This document shows, piece by piece, positions 1-13,244 of a stretch of 61,709 nt of DNA. Each line of letters opens with the position of its first letter. Position 1 is the first letter of the stretch. Source of the stretch: Hydrolagus affinis (Eukaryota); NCBI GenBank assembly GCA_012026655.1, contig JAAILG010001794.1, forward strand, positions 1 to 61,709, read 5' to 3'. Below the pieces are notes generated by a model. It had not been told where the DNA came from. It ran no database searches and saw nothing but the letters and a program-made list of their open reading frames with translations. Made by a program: the position numbers and the translations under genes.

Positions 1-141
1 CTCCCCTTCGTGTTTCACCCCCGCCCAAACACTCCCCTCCCAGCTCGGGTCACACTCCCCCTGTGCAGCGCCTTGGGACGTCCTCCCGACGTGAAAGGCG
101 CTCTATAAATGTAATTTGTTGTTGTTGTTGTTGTTGTTGTT
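1..141 (+). mobile_element. L2 LINE 3' end with (TTG)n tail
   Basis: agcgccttgggacgtcctcccgacgtgaaaggcgctctataaatgtaat followed by (TTG)n; the same tail recurs many times in the window. Confidence 0.8.
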
Positions 142-870
142 TGGAAATAGCCCAAAACACCCAATTCGTACCACTTTTACTTCTGAGCTCCATTTGCAGT
201 TCTCCAACTTCATGCTTTCCATCAAACAACATCTGCAATTATTTTCTGACAATTCCCAGAGCGCAACATCACAAGGACACCACAGAACATTCCGTGTCTC
301 ACATTCTGCACAAACTAAACAAATTTGTAACATGAAATGAACTTTATAATGCTACAGCATCTGACTCAGAAATAAAAAACATGTCTCCTTTGGAAGATTC
401 AAGTGGGTGGATGCATCTTTATACATTTTGCTTGATATAGTCTTCAGGAAAAAAGTACTGCATTGATTTACCAGATTCCTTGAAAGTTAGTTTTTTTTCC
501 ATCTCATTAGCGAGAGTGGAGCAAAAGCCCATTGCTAAATAAAACCTCCCCAATGCACATACGCAATAAAAGTACATGTTCTAAAAGATGTCTTACCCTG
601 CCTTCTGTATCAACCATTTAGCAGCTGGAGGATCAAATGTGGAAAGCATTTGAAAAGATACCCTTCCATCCCTTCCCATCTCTCTAAATAAAGTGTTATG
701 CCTAGTCTAAGCAGCACATGGATAAATGAAGTTCAAATACAGCATCACTCAAATTCCAATAAAGATGTTCATTTGGTTAGGCTCAGTTGCAGCATTTACG
801 TGAGACAAGAAGATGACTTGCAAAGGACACTGCACTTAAACTGCATATGTCGTTAATACAAAGCACTTAC

Positions 871-1046
871 CAGAACATTACGCTCAAAGTACTCTCTCTC
901 TTTGTCAAAGTCCACAGGATAACCATTGGTTGACCAGATAAACGTAAGGTCCAAGATGGGATCATGGGATGCGTGGCACTCCATAGTTGCATTTTCTCCA
1001 ACAGTAACATCGATGTTCGATGGGGCGAGGGTGATTTTGGTGCCGT
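871..1046 (-). CDS. CNTN1: Contactin-1 exon, Ig6 first half (DGTKITLAPSNIDVTVGENATMECHASHDPILDLTFIWSTNGYPVDFDKEREYFERNVL)
   Basis: 176 nt inside track ORF 853-1065; ttacag| acceptor and CTG|GTAAGT donor. The gene continues beyond the left window edge. Confidence 0.96.
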
Positions 1047-3137
1047 CTGTAATAACACAAAGCAAAATATCAAAGAACCTACTACAACAATTTCACATTG
1101 TTAATGATTCTGTAAGTGTTAACCCACCATTCAAAGCAGAATGTGAGAGTTTGCAACCCATTGGTCAAAACTGCGACATGTGATGTGATCACTGATAATA
1201 ACTTTCATTTCAACCAAGACTTTCTGGCTTCTCTCCAACTGATGCAACTTCAAAATTGTTTGTGTGGATATGAAACTGTTAGCCTAATGTTAAAGGAAAC
1301 AGCTTGTCTTACTATCTCACAACCAAGCATATTTCGCCAATCCTGATGTTGTTCTGAAGAGTTTAGGTATAGAAGCCATTGGATTTTTACAGACTGTTTC
1401 TCTTTTAGTTACTCTGGAGATCAAGATGCTCACTTTGTCTTATACTTCAGCCCGCTTTTCTTCCAAGTACCCTCTGCTTTTGCAGCTCCAGTCCAGTATG
1501 TATTCCTCAACTGTCCTCACTCAAACCGCACCCCACCCCCCAAAATCCTGCTCATTGACTACACCTTGGTTACATTCTTCCTACTTTCCTCAGTTTATTT
1601 TGCCCATAAAATATATGTACAGTCACTTCAATTTGCAGTACATTGTGCGGTGTGCATTGAGGCGTTTCAAATGTGTAATGAAGTGCTATATCAAATGCAA
1701 GGATTATTATTATTTGTGTGGTTGGAAAGAACTTTGAGATGTTTATCCTAAGACCAAGATTTTGTTTATTTCTTACTTCATTGCTGCCCTCACCACCAAA
1801 AAAGCAACTAACAACAACAACTTGGATTTATATAGCGCCCTCCATAGCGGATGGCGTCTCAGAGCACTTGAACTACAATTCTGTCTCAGTAGCAAAACGC
1901 AGGTAAGTCTCAGTTTGATTACCGGCCTGCACCAGGTGTTAATATCAGAACACTGGTAACAACTGGGTTATCATCCTAAGTATCCTCAGATCTAAAAAGA
2001 AAAGTCATTAAGGTACCCCCAATCCATATTTGCAGGATGTAGATGTTGGGGACGCCAATGTTGGATGAGATAGGAGTCAGTCAATTAGCCAAATCTCCAG
2101 ACTACCACACAGGGTGGCCATTTGGACAAGGTCCCAGATGACTGCTGACAACCATATCCAGTATGAGTGACTGTTTTCTGGGGATTCAGGAGGAAGTGGA
2201 AGCAAAATAATACAGGAGAAAAAAAGGACAAAACTCCCCCTAATTTTTCATGACCTGTTGGGTGGTTTGTGATAACAGTGAACATTTGGTGATTGTGGGA
2301 TATATTATCAATTGCACACACAAAAGAAAAAAAACTGCAATTTACTGAAAATAAATAGAATAACAATTATGTAATCAGAATGGTGATGTATTCCAGATTG
2401 ATTATTTGTCAGGCAGTACAGGTCAGATTGCCCTTTATACTGTATATTTGTGCTCTGAAATCAATTTACACCCAGAGTTTCAAATGGACCAGATTCTGAT
2501 TGTAAAAGGTGTGTCCATGTTCTTGGGTGGGATGACCTTCAGCAGATAACATTATTTTTGTAGCACTTAAGCCCTTTGTGAGGCAAATTCTTTTGCTTTT
2601 GTCCCCAAAAAACATACAAATTAATTCCAGTTTCTGCTCATCTCCCAAAACTATTCTCCCAGCTGTATGTTTGGCCGCACAATCTGAAGTTTCCTTCAAA
2701 ATCCCTTGAGGACTCGTCTCTGAGACAACAGACTTTTTTTGCATTTCTGAAGGCCAATATCGTGTTCTCATGCGGGTGCCTTCTCGGAATTGTAAATCAT
2801 AGAACACTGAAAAATTCCAGTACAATCCAAGCCCTGCACATTCAACATAAAGCAGATGTGCACTAAATTGGAGTTCTGTATAAACCCCAAATGTCATTGA
2901 CGAATAACCACAAGTTGTTGGCATCTGTCGGTCCTCTCTTTTCCTGGCCTCTATGCTTCAAGTTAGACAAAACCTCATGAACAGATATTTTGTGTGAAAC
3001 ATTCTCTCTCAGTGACACTGTTGCTTGAACAGGTTTTGGCGAGTATAAACGCTCACCAAATGTCTGCAACATGGCCTCTCTACATCACACAGTGTCCTCT
3101 TGGACCAGACCATTGCATATTGAAGCATGAGCCTTGC

Positions 3138-3685
3138 AATAATAATAATAATAATAATGATAATAATAATAATAATCCTTCAATTTGATAGCGCTTTTCA
3201 CAACTTCTAGACATGTCAAAGCCCTTCCCAGAACATATTGTAAAGTGAATTGACTGTATATATTGTGGGCAAAACACAGCAGCCAACTGCCCACAACAAT
3301 GTCCCACAAAAAATCGTGGATTGAAATGATTGTTTTCTTTTGAGGGATTATTATCAGGCGTGTGGAGTAAGGAAATGTGCCCATGATTTCGCCCTGTGGA
3401 AATCTAACCCAAGTCTCTTGCATTCAAGGGTTCGATTCCTGGCAGGGCTAAATCTTGGGCAAGTTTCCTTACTGCATACACCTGGTAATAATCCCTCAAG
3501 TAAAAAAACAATAATAAATTGATCACTTAATCCACAACTGTTTTTGGGACACAGCTGTGCGCAATTGGCTGCCATGTTCCACCCACAAATATACAGTCAA
3601 TTCATTTTACAGTACATTCTATGAAGCACCTTGAGACATCTAGAAGACCTGAAAAGCACTATATCAAATGCAAGGATTGTTATTT
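3138..3685. mobile_element. Head-to-head pair of SINEs (minus copy about 3138-3424, plus copy about 3428-3685)
   Basis: Both arms match the SINE body and tail in opposite orientations; (TAA)n at 3138-3176. Confidence 0.8.
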
Positions 3686-5314
3686 TTGGAAACTTTACTG
3701 GTGGACACACAAAGGTTAGTTATGCTGCTCGAGGGACTTTTGGACTTCACATGGACATGAGAACGTACAGTTCAGTATTGCTGTACATGGAATAGACAAG
3801 TGGCTGACAGCACAATGTGTTGCTCTGCTCGTGGGTACTGGAGCAGCACCATATCAGGCAGTGCTAGGCTTTGATTTTGAATCTCAAATTCATTCTCAGG
3901 GAAGTCTGTCTATGATTTGGGCTTTCAAAGGCTTTAGTGGTGATCACTAGGACTGTCTAAGCTACTTCAGGCAACTCTTGCATTGTGGCTGGTTATTGCC
4001 ACACATAAATAACCATTGTCTTTGATATTGCGCTTTTCATACCAAAGGACTTCTCAATAGAGTTCACATGATTTACTGTAAAGTAAATGTATTGTATGTT
4101 TTGTAGACAAAACACATAATTATCTCACACATAGCCATGAAATGAAATACCAATCTGAAGAATTAACAATAACAACAACAACAACAAAATTACATCTGAA
4201 GAGCACCTTTCACGTTGGGAGGACATCCCAATTAATGACCAGTATGCAAGAAAAGAAAACTTTTCACTTTTCAAATGAGATCTTTAACATCCACCTGAAC
4301 AGGCAGACAATTTAATGTTTAATCTGAAGGACACCACCTTCAACCAATGTGGTGCTCCCACAATACCTCATTTGAATATCAGCCTGAAGCGGGACTTGAA
4401 CCTACATCCTTCTGACTCAGCTGTGAGCATGCTACCAATTGAGCCAAGCTGACAGATGTGTTTGCTGAAAATTTCACAACCAATTCAAACAGAACCTGTG
4501 TTGAGGCACCCTTAAGTTCTTCAGATGTCCTTGGACAGTATTCTTGTGTTAAACCATAAAGGGGCACTGTGTAACCGTTTGGTCCTTTAACATCTCTGGA
4601 TTGCTAAAGTAAGATCAAATGGCCTTAACCAACATTATTTGATGTCCTCCCAAGTGATATGTTGGTGCAAGTCACAGCATCACAAAAAGCTGTTCAACAA
4701 ATATAGCTGCTGTTAAAGTTATGCACATTTAATAATCTGTGCGGTGGTTAGTGGAACTGTTCCAGATGCCTTCTGGCATGTTCAACGCCTCCAACCCAAT
4801 GACAGAGTGCACACAAATAAAGGTACTGGGCATTTGCGTACACACATCTGAGATCTAAGCCCCATTGACACAGTGTGCACACCAATGCAGGCCTTAGGGA
4901 TTCACAAACTCAGATCTGTGCTACAATCCCAGTTCAAGGTTTCAGGCATTTGTAGTTCGATTTAAACCATCCTAGAAAAGTTACCAGAGCTGGTTTAGGG
5001 AATGCAGAAATGTTGAAATGACAGAATGGTATCGGTTGCTTTGTGGTTTAAGAAGTTGTAATTTCAGTTTCCAAATGCCTGAGGGCAACAACAATCTTTG
5101 GCAATGGAAATTCTTAGAAATAGGTCAATTATCCACTTGGGATTCAGTCCACAGTGCAGGCTTCAATACTAAGTACAAAGTACCTCCTACAATGAATGGC
5201 CTAATCTCTCCATCTCCCCATGTGTGCACCTTGGAACATCCTCCAGACGTGAAAGGTGCTTTATAAATGTTATTTTGTTGTTGAGTTGTGCAGTATTTTC
5301 TATTCGTAGAAAAT

Positions 5315-5948
5315 TCTGTAGACCACACAATCCTCCTCCACCACCTCTCCTCCCTCCTCAACCTTCAAGGCTCTGTCCTTGATTGGTTCCGGTCATATCT
5401 CTCCCACCGCCTTCACTTCGTCTCCTCCAACGGCTTTTCCTCCAGCACTCGCACAGTTACATGCGGCCTTCCCCAGGGCTCTGTCCTTGGCCCCCTGCTC
5501 TTCACCCTACACATGCTTCCCCTGGGTGACATCATCCACAGACATGGTTAAATTTCCACATGTATGTGGATGACAGCCAACTATACCTCGCCACTTCCAC
5601 CCTCAACTCGAGGACTACTGGCATTCTGACTGCGTGTCTGTCTGACATTGAGTCTTGGACAATGGGCCATCGGTGGCCAGGCTTTCAACCTCTCTGCTCC
5701 CACACTGTGGAACTCCATCCTGCAATTCCTTCGCCTCACTTCCTCTCTTTCCTCCTTCAAGGCCGGTCTCAAGATCTTCCTTTTCAACCAATGCCTTCTG
5801 CTCCCCTCCTAACTCTTCCCCCTCTCCTACTCTCCTTCACCCCGCCCCCCCCCACCCCGCTCAGGTCTCGACCTGATTGTTCAGTGCCTTGGCACGTCCT
5901 CCCGACGTGAAAGGCGCTCTATAAATGTAATTTTGTTGTTATTTGTTG
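5315..5948 (+). mobile_element. L2-clade LINE fragment: RT domain, internal deletion, 3' tail
   Basis: Peptides DHTILL...WFRSYL...[13 protein letters not shown] and MYVDDSQLYL, then a 3' stem-loop and (TTG)n tail. Confidence 0.9.
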
Positions 5949-6039
5949 TAATACCTCAGCGTTTTTACATGTAAAATGGTGAAGTGAGTTGAAAGTCTCC
6001 CAAACATCAGGGTCTCAATGGTGTTCCCAAATATCCCCC

Positions 6040-6432
6040 CGCACGGTTTGAGATGGGCCGGTAGCTTGAAAGCTGTGATGCATCAAGGGAATGTTTCTTC
6101 AGAGTAGGGGGTGATAGTGACTGTTTTGAGGTGGATGGTAACAATGCCAGATGAAAGGCACAGTTTGATTGTGTTGGCAAGTAGTGGGGCAAGGAGGTGG
6201 AACTGGGAGGTAAGGAGAGGGGTGGTCCAGGTAGCAGTTGGTGGGCTTCATTATGGATATGGTGGAGACGACAGAGGAGGGTGAAACAGGTTCGAAGGTG
6301 TGGAAGAAGGGATGAGTAGGAGTCGGAGTGTGGGCGGGAGGTGAGGAGTGGGTGGAAGTTGGAAGGATGGTGACAGCTGAGCAGATTCCCTCGATTTTGG
6401 ACTTGAGGAAATCCAGCATCTCCTCGCAGTGG
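6040..6432 (-). mobile_element. L2 LINE ORF2 fragment
   Basis: Frameshifted peptides LKKHSLDASQLSSYRPISN and DFLKSKIEGI. Confidence 0.8.
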
Positions 6433-6774
6433 GAATCATATCCTCAAGTGCCAGATATTTATTGGACTGTCAGCCTAGATTACAGGAGTTCCGTGTCCCA
6501 ATGTGCGATTTGGAACACACACTCTTCTGACTCAGAGGCGAGCGGTACCAATGGAGCCAGGGTGTCACACTGGCTGCAATGGTACCATCTGCCTGGATTA
6601 TGATAAAATTAAATCAGCATTTCTTCAAAAATAGATCTGAAGCACTATTACCTGAAACAAAATGTCATTGGCTCAAAATACAATGGATATATTACCACAA
6701 ATTACCACAAATCCTCTCTTGCAATATCTATATCTGTTTTAATGGTGTGTCCAGAACTCTGCAGCCAGTGTCCT

Positions 6775-7226
6775 CTCCCGCACCAGGCTCTGCAATTATA
6801 TTACCCCCAATCTTGCCCAACTCCACTGGCTTACCATTACTCAGAGGAGTCAATTCAAGATCCTGGTCCTCACCTTGAAAGCCTTATGGTCTTGCTTCAC
6901 CCTCCCTCTCTGACCTCCTAACCTCCTACCAACCTGTATGCTCCCTCCACTCAGTGAGCTCTGTCCAGCTTGCTACATGTCCCACCATCGGCAGATAAGT
7001 CTTCAGCCACTCTACCCCCAACCTTTGCAATTCCATCCCACAATCCCTCGGCCTCATCCCCTCCCTAGCGTCTTTCAAGTCTCGCTAGAATTGACCCTCC
7101 TCTTCAGTCATACCACCGGTCACCCCCCTCCCCAATCCCAGCTCGGGTCTGAAGCACTGACTCTCCAGCGCCTTCGAACGTCCTCCCAACATGAAAGACA
7201 CCATATAAATGTAATTTTGTTGTTGT
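6775..7226 (+). mobile_element. L2 LINE 3' fragment
   Basis: ctccactggct...caattcaagatcctggtcctcacc (decayed LHWLP..FKIL) and the shared 3' tail. Confidence 0.75.
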
Positions 7227-9331
7227 ATCTTTAAGTTTCAAGCCCCAGTACTATGCAGGAGAGGCATGCAAAATAGTGTCCTATGTTTCCTCCCTGCGAT
7301 TTGGCACAGACATTTTAAAATAGATATAATAAACTGAGGAAACAGTTTTGAATGCTGAAACCAAGAAGCCTTGGCGATGCAGCACAATTAAGCTGAGCAA
7401 ACTTGCATCATAAATTGAAACCCAAGGTTACAAAAAAATACCATCTTTGTTGAACCATTACATTAAAAAATGGGGCAACAGCTGACAATTGAGTTCTTTG
7501 CCAGGAAGAGGTACTTGGATCGCTGTCTGCTGTGAAGACCACATCACTCATTCATGCTGATATGAGCTATTGGCTATGCCTTCAAGCTTGTAGGCTGTCC
7601 ATTCAATCACACTGAAGATGAACTTGGAAGAGAGGCAGAAGTGGTGCTACCATAGATTGTAAAGGTTACACCTCAAGTGCACAGTGACAGTTTCTATGGG
7701 AATGAATGATAGGTTCTAAGGAAAGCCTCAGACAGGTTTCCACATTTCCTGTTATTGCTTCAGAGTTGCTGGAAACAAAATCAGAAATTGCTACTGTTTC
7801 CTTACAACCGCAGCATAAGAAAATGATACAGCTTGCCAGCTTGGTAGAGCAGACCAGCTTGTCAAATACTGTGCTGGCATTGACATACTGGACATGGGAA
7901 TCTGAATACTTCCCTGGCTGCCGAAGCTCAGTTAGTCTAGTTGAGGATTGCATTTCATCCTGAAATCCTTTTCTCGCCCCTCTTTCCAAATACATTGAGC
8001 TGAGCAGGAAAATATTCATGGTCCCTGATGGGGTTTAACATTCCACATCATAAAAACTCTAAAAGCACAGTGGAGGAATCATTTAACCTTGCATTTTTAA
8101 AACACCACTGCCTGTGTTTTATAAAAAAAAGCAAAGGCTCCATAATAAATTTATACTGCATTGAACTCCCCTTCCCAAGTGGTGTATGTAAGCACACACA
8201 TTTCTTTCCTGAACACCTTATTTGGGGTTATGAGTCCATAGGCTCAACCAACAGCACTCTGGCACCTTTCCCAAATGGCAATATGTCTTGTGTGAGCCTG
8301 AACAGTGGGTGTTCGCAGGCGACTTGACAGTGTGGCTTCCAAAGCTACCACTCCAGATATCCACTCAGCATCAAAACCAGAGAACCTGGCTGATTTCCCA
8401 CCTTCCTTGTCTCGGGGTTCTGTTGTCATTGATCCCACCACTGATCCAGGTGAGACCGATAGTATTGACCAGGAGATCTTTCTGATCTGTATGGCTCATC
8501 ATCACTAAGCACTTTGTTTTCACACACAAAGCTTGTTGTGTGAGCCTGGGCAGTGACTTGACTGTCTGGCTTCCAAAGCTGATTGTTCAGCAGCACTCTA
8601 AAAGGTGGGACTATCCTTCCTTATGCTCTGTTTTGTTTCTGGCATGTATAAGAGGATCCCTTGAAAATACCATTCCATGCAGCGCAGCCTTGCTTACAAG
8701 GCTGACTGGACGTACACTCAACATTTATTACTGAAACTGCATGTCCGCTCCCCTCATCCCAAGTCGATTTAGCAATAAAATAGCAGTCAGCCACATGCAC
8801 AGCAAGCCCCAGTGAGATCAGATCAAGAGTCAGATCAAGAGCCCGGAAGCACACCGACAGACGATGGCTGTTTGGCTCCCTTGGTTGAAATTTTCTGCAT
8901 CGTGGCATCCATGTTAAAATCATGGGATCCCATGTATTTGTATCTGATCTGAGTGTAATGCTTTCTCCTTCAAACTGTTAATGAAGAAATGGACGGCAAT
9001 TGGGAACACTCAGCAGTTGTCTGCATGATTAATGAGAAAGTTCCAGAAAATTCAGTTTCAAATGCCAAAACCTGCCCACATCAAGCCCATTTGTTAAGAA
9101 GGAACCAGCAGTGGCAAATCCTATAATCCTCAAACGCTGGCAGCACAGATGCCTCATGCACTCCAAGGAGGCCAGACGGAGCACAAAGCAGCTTCCATTC
9201 AAATGATATCTTTGAACTTCTTGCTACTTTAGATCATTCTGGCTGCTGTGCTTTCTCTCTCCTCCCTTGTGCAGTCTTTGCCAGCCTTTAACTGCGACTT
9301 TTCCCAATATTTAATCAGAATTTGACCCTAC

Positions 9332-9459
9332 CTGTTATTGAAAGAGTGCCTGTGCTGTTTGCTTTTCCCATGCTGTTCACTGCAAAACAGGTGTATCGTC
9401 CTTTATCAGTCTCAGAGACATCTCGAATTTCCAGACTGCCATCAAACCGAATGGACATC
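9332..9459 (-). CDS. CNTN1: Contactin-1 exon, Ig5 second half (MSIRFDGSLEIRDVSETDKGRYTCFAVNSMGKANSTGTLSIT)
   Basis: 128 nt, ttatag| acceptor and CAG|GTAGGG donor; DGSLEI, YTCFA and GKANSTGTL motifs. Not present in the ORF track. Confidence 0.95.
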
Positions 9460-10082
9460 CTATAATGGTCACAAAAGGTGTAACACACAAAGTATTAGGA
9501 CAATTTCATTTTCATGCAGCTTAATCAGCAATATTAACCACTCCAGGACGCTACTGCGAATGAAGGGTACTATATAAATGCATTTGGTTGCAGTCGGTTT
9601 AAAATTCTGGCAGCTGAATGGAGGAGAAATTACTTATTGGCACCAACATATTGCCATTAAAGCATATAAATATATTACAAACTGTGAGATGTTGCATTGG
9701 ATATTTACATGTTTGTAAGGGTGACACGTGGAGCTTAGTAATTTCAGCTGGAGTGAAAGACACTGAGAAAGGTTTTGGTCATCTGGGTTTCTGACACATG
9801 TGGAAACTCAACATCATGCTGAGAGGAGTATCCAAAGTAGCGTTCCTACTAACTTTTGGAATGGAAGTGAACAGTATTCCCCCTGCCTTCCAGCCCTCCT
9901 GATCTCACCCCCGCTCAGGTCCAAATCCCTGACTGTCCAGTTCCTTGGGATGTCCTTCAAACATGAAAGGCGCTATACAAATGTAATAATTTGTTCTTGT
10001 TATTTCGGATTGACGGAAAATGTAGGGCATGTGGATATTATTGCACTGACGTATTTCACGTGACTCACTGCATCTCACTGAC

Positions 10083-10233
10083 CTGCTGCTGTTCCGGAGT
10101 AGCTCAGTCCCTTTGCTCCAAGTAAAGGTTGGCTTGGGAGCAGCTTTTGGTTTGCACTCAATGATGACTTTGCCTCCCCTGGCAGCCAAAAGCTTCTTTT
10201 TCACAGGGTTCAGTTTGAAATCTGGTGCTAAAG
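10083..10233 (-). CDS. CNTN1: Contactin-1 exon, Ig5 first half ([51 protein letters not shown])
   Basis: 151 nt inside track ORF 9905-10318; cttcag| acceptor and AG|GTCAGT donor. [13 protein letters not shown] is as in CNTN1. Confidence 0.96.
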
Positions 10234-10813
10234 CTGAAGAGACACCGAACGGGTTTCTGGTGAGTAACATAATTTCTGGACGTGACAACGACAATCCAGT
10301 TGTAACCGTTGTAAACATTCAGAACCATCGGTTCATATCCTTCAATAATCCATCAAGTCAGGTAGCATGGGTCAATTGGAGTTATAAAGATCTTGATTCC
10401 ATTTCCAGTCTGTGCTGAGTTAGCTGAACTTAATTGGGGTTCAGTTAGGTTGACACAAATGGCTACTGTGTTTGAGGGGAAATCACAGGGTTCTTTGAGT
10501 GGATGAGTGTGTGAAAAATGGGGACAAATCAGGAAGGTCTAAAATTACAGAAAACCAGTTGCAAAGTTAAACTATTGAAATCAACATTCGACTTCTGGAC
10601 TGTCTGAAAATTTGATGAAAATAAAGTAAATTCTGAACAGCTCACTTTCAATGCTTCTCAACTTCTAACAAAAAAATGCTGTCTTCCAATTTTTTTTAAA
10701 AAAAACACACAATTGTGAGAAATGCACAAGGAAAATTAGGAGATGTTGTGGCCACAGTCCTGTGGAAGCTCTGCAGACTGAATGCAGTCATATATTTGGT
10801 TCAAGATACCAAC

Positions 10814-10943
10814 CCAGAACCTTCAGCTCAGCATTGGAGTAGATGGATCCATGTTTATTCTCCACGACACACTGATACATTCCAGAATCCTCCAGCGTCA
10901 GTCTCAAGATTTTCAGCTCCCCTCTATTCACACGAAATCGACT
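10814..10943 (-). CDS. CNTN1: Contactin-1 exon, Ig4 second half ([43 protein letters not shown])
   Basis: 130 nt, atctag| acceptor and G|GTTGGT donor; GMYQC..EN..G.IY.NAELK motif. Confidence 0.92.
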
Positions 10944-11327
10944 CTAGATTGAGTTAAAACAAAAATGTAACTCCCAAAACATTTTGGTCTTAACTTTCTT
11001 TCAACAGCTCTTCATGTTAAGGAACTGTGGAAAAGGAGGCAAATTTTCATTCTCTTTCAAAATCTAATGATTACTTAAAATTCAGGGATACAGTTTTGCG
11101 GAAACAACACAAGGAAAATAAACATCTCTTGAACTGCAATGGATAACACAAGAACGTGAGTATAACATTGTCATAAAACATCGTACACAAACACTTGGTC
11201 AGATACAGAACACTTTGGAAGCACATACATCCCATGCAACTCTCTCACTCTCAAACATGTGGACAAATGTACACAGACATGGGAACCTTTTGAGGCACGA
11301 CAACAACAATGTGTGGACAGTTCATAC

Positions 11328-11461
11328 CCCGTATACGTTTTCTCCATTCCTCAACCATGTATATGTGGGTTGAGGTTTTCCTTTGGCTTCACAAGGCCAG
11401 ATAAGATCACTCTTGATATCTTCCACAGTGTCATTAATTGGATGCACCCAGTAAGGATGAG
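11328..11461 (-). CDS. CNTN1: Contactin-1 exon, Ig4 first half (AHPYWVHPINDTVEDIKSDLIWPCEAKGKPQPTYTWLRNGENVYG)
   Basis: tgtcag| acceptor. Donor GGG|GTATGA gives 134 nt; a weaker in-frame donor AAC|GTATAC would end the exon at 11337 (125 nt). Confidence 0.9.
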
Positions 11462-13244
11462 CTGACAAGAGACACAAAAATATACAGCTAGTTTAGCGAT
11501 GCACGTCATGTTTAATAATATCACATTTCACACGAGTATCAATGGAATTGTGTATTGTAATCTACTGATTGCCATGGGCCTAAGGATGAACTCAATAATA
11601 GTGCTTTGGATGGCTATCTGAGTTGTTAATACAATTTAGCTAGAAGGCTACAGCCGTACAAGCTCAAGACAATGGCTACAATAACTTGCAGTATATAACT
11701 GCTATAATTTTAGTTCAGAAATTGCGGCTTGTCGTGTTAGGAATAGTAATAATCCCTCAAAGGGAGAAATCACACTGTGCGGCCAGGAAAATCCCCAATT
11801 CTTTCAGTCAAGTGTTATGGTGCCTTATAACTGGCTTTACGCAATGCTTTGCAGCATTTCTAGAGCTCGTCTGGCAGTGAAATCGCTGCCAAACTTACTG
11901 TGATTCTCCATCAAGTGTAATAACAAATAATAATCCTTACATTTCAAATAGAGCCTCATGACATCATTAGGGCATCCCAAAGCACGTCACAGGAGATGCT
12001 GTAAAGTGCTGTAACTGTGTATTTTGTTGGAAAAAGCAGCAGCCGATTTGCACATAAGAATATTGCACATACAAAAATGGAGTCGACAGAATAAGCAGGG
12101 CTTCGAAACAACAAACACAAATTTCATGTTGGAAGGTTATTTCAAAGTGCTTCACACAATTGACTGGATGCCTGAGCTTGGGGGAGCTGAGTTGGGGATA
12201 GAGTTAATTTTTTAAATGTTTTAACGCTAGTTTTGAACAAGAGGAGAGAAAATAGCAAAAAGAATTAAGGAATGAGTTCTAGGGAGCAGGAACAAAATGC
12301 TTAAAGCTCATTGCTCTACCTGCCCACTCCATTTAGCTGGACACATCGAGTGTTAGATATAACATAGGTCACTGCTTGCTGAGAAAGAACGGTAAGGTAA
12401 AAAACACACATCACGATAATATGTCAGAGAGGAAATCAGAGTGAGAGGTAATGATTAACATATTTGTGCCATTTTCAATTCAACTGACTGTCTAATATCT
12501 GTTCAATTGGTGCGTGAAACTGGCAAACATACAAGAACATAAAGTAGAGGGGGATTTCTGTGAAGCGCAGGATAAGAACACTTTTTTGGTATTTGGTGGT
12601 ATTTGAAATGCTACGTTGTGATAAGTAAATATATCCTGTGCAAGCATTAATAATGGAGTGTTAGCTTTTCTATTGCACATAGTTAAACTCTAAAACAGTC
12701 AGCACTTCACAAATATTCTCCTGAAGTAATAAAATATATATTTTTAATGCAAACACATGATGGTATGCACAATGTATTGTTCCTAAGTCTAAATGACAGA
12801 GCTGCATTTTGATAAAGTGATGGAGGAAGGGAGTGAGTGACGAATGGACGATGGATGGTTACATATTAAACACCATTCAAAACAATATTTTGCAAGACAA
12901 CCAGATATGTCAACGGGAGCTTTTTTTATACCTGAGCCTTGTAGCTTTCGTAACCAATCCTGTGCTCATGAGAAGCCAGTGTTTGCAAGTTCTTGTAAGA
13001 ACTACATTAAACAGGCTTCAATCTTTAGACTAGGTTCAACAATTTGCCAAATTCTGGATGTTCTGAATCCATTTGACATTGATTGAGTAAATGTAGACCC
13101 AGAGGGACTTTTATCCCAATATTTTGATATGGTCCCCAAGACAAATTGAAATGGTCATATTTGAAATAGTCAGTCCATGACATTGCCCACCTTTGAATGT
13201 ATCTTACCTCAAATGCAGTTGAAACCCTTGTGTATGTGTTTGGC

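Noticed and set aside
50-340. ORFs with poly-Q, poly-C, poly-L or poly-N
   Set aside because: Translations of the (TTG)n tail of an L2 element.
2466-2924. 152-aa minus-strand ORF
   Set aside because: No recognisable domain and not needed in the CNTN1 exon chain, since the 9332 and 1046 borders join in phase. A decayed transposon origin cannot be excluded without blastx.
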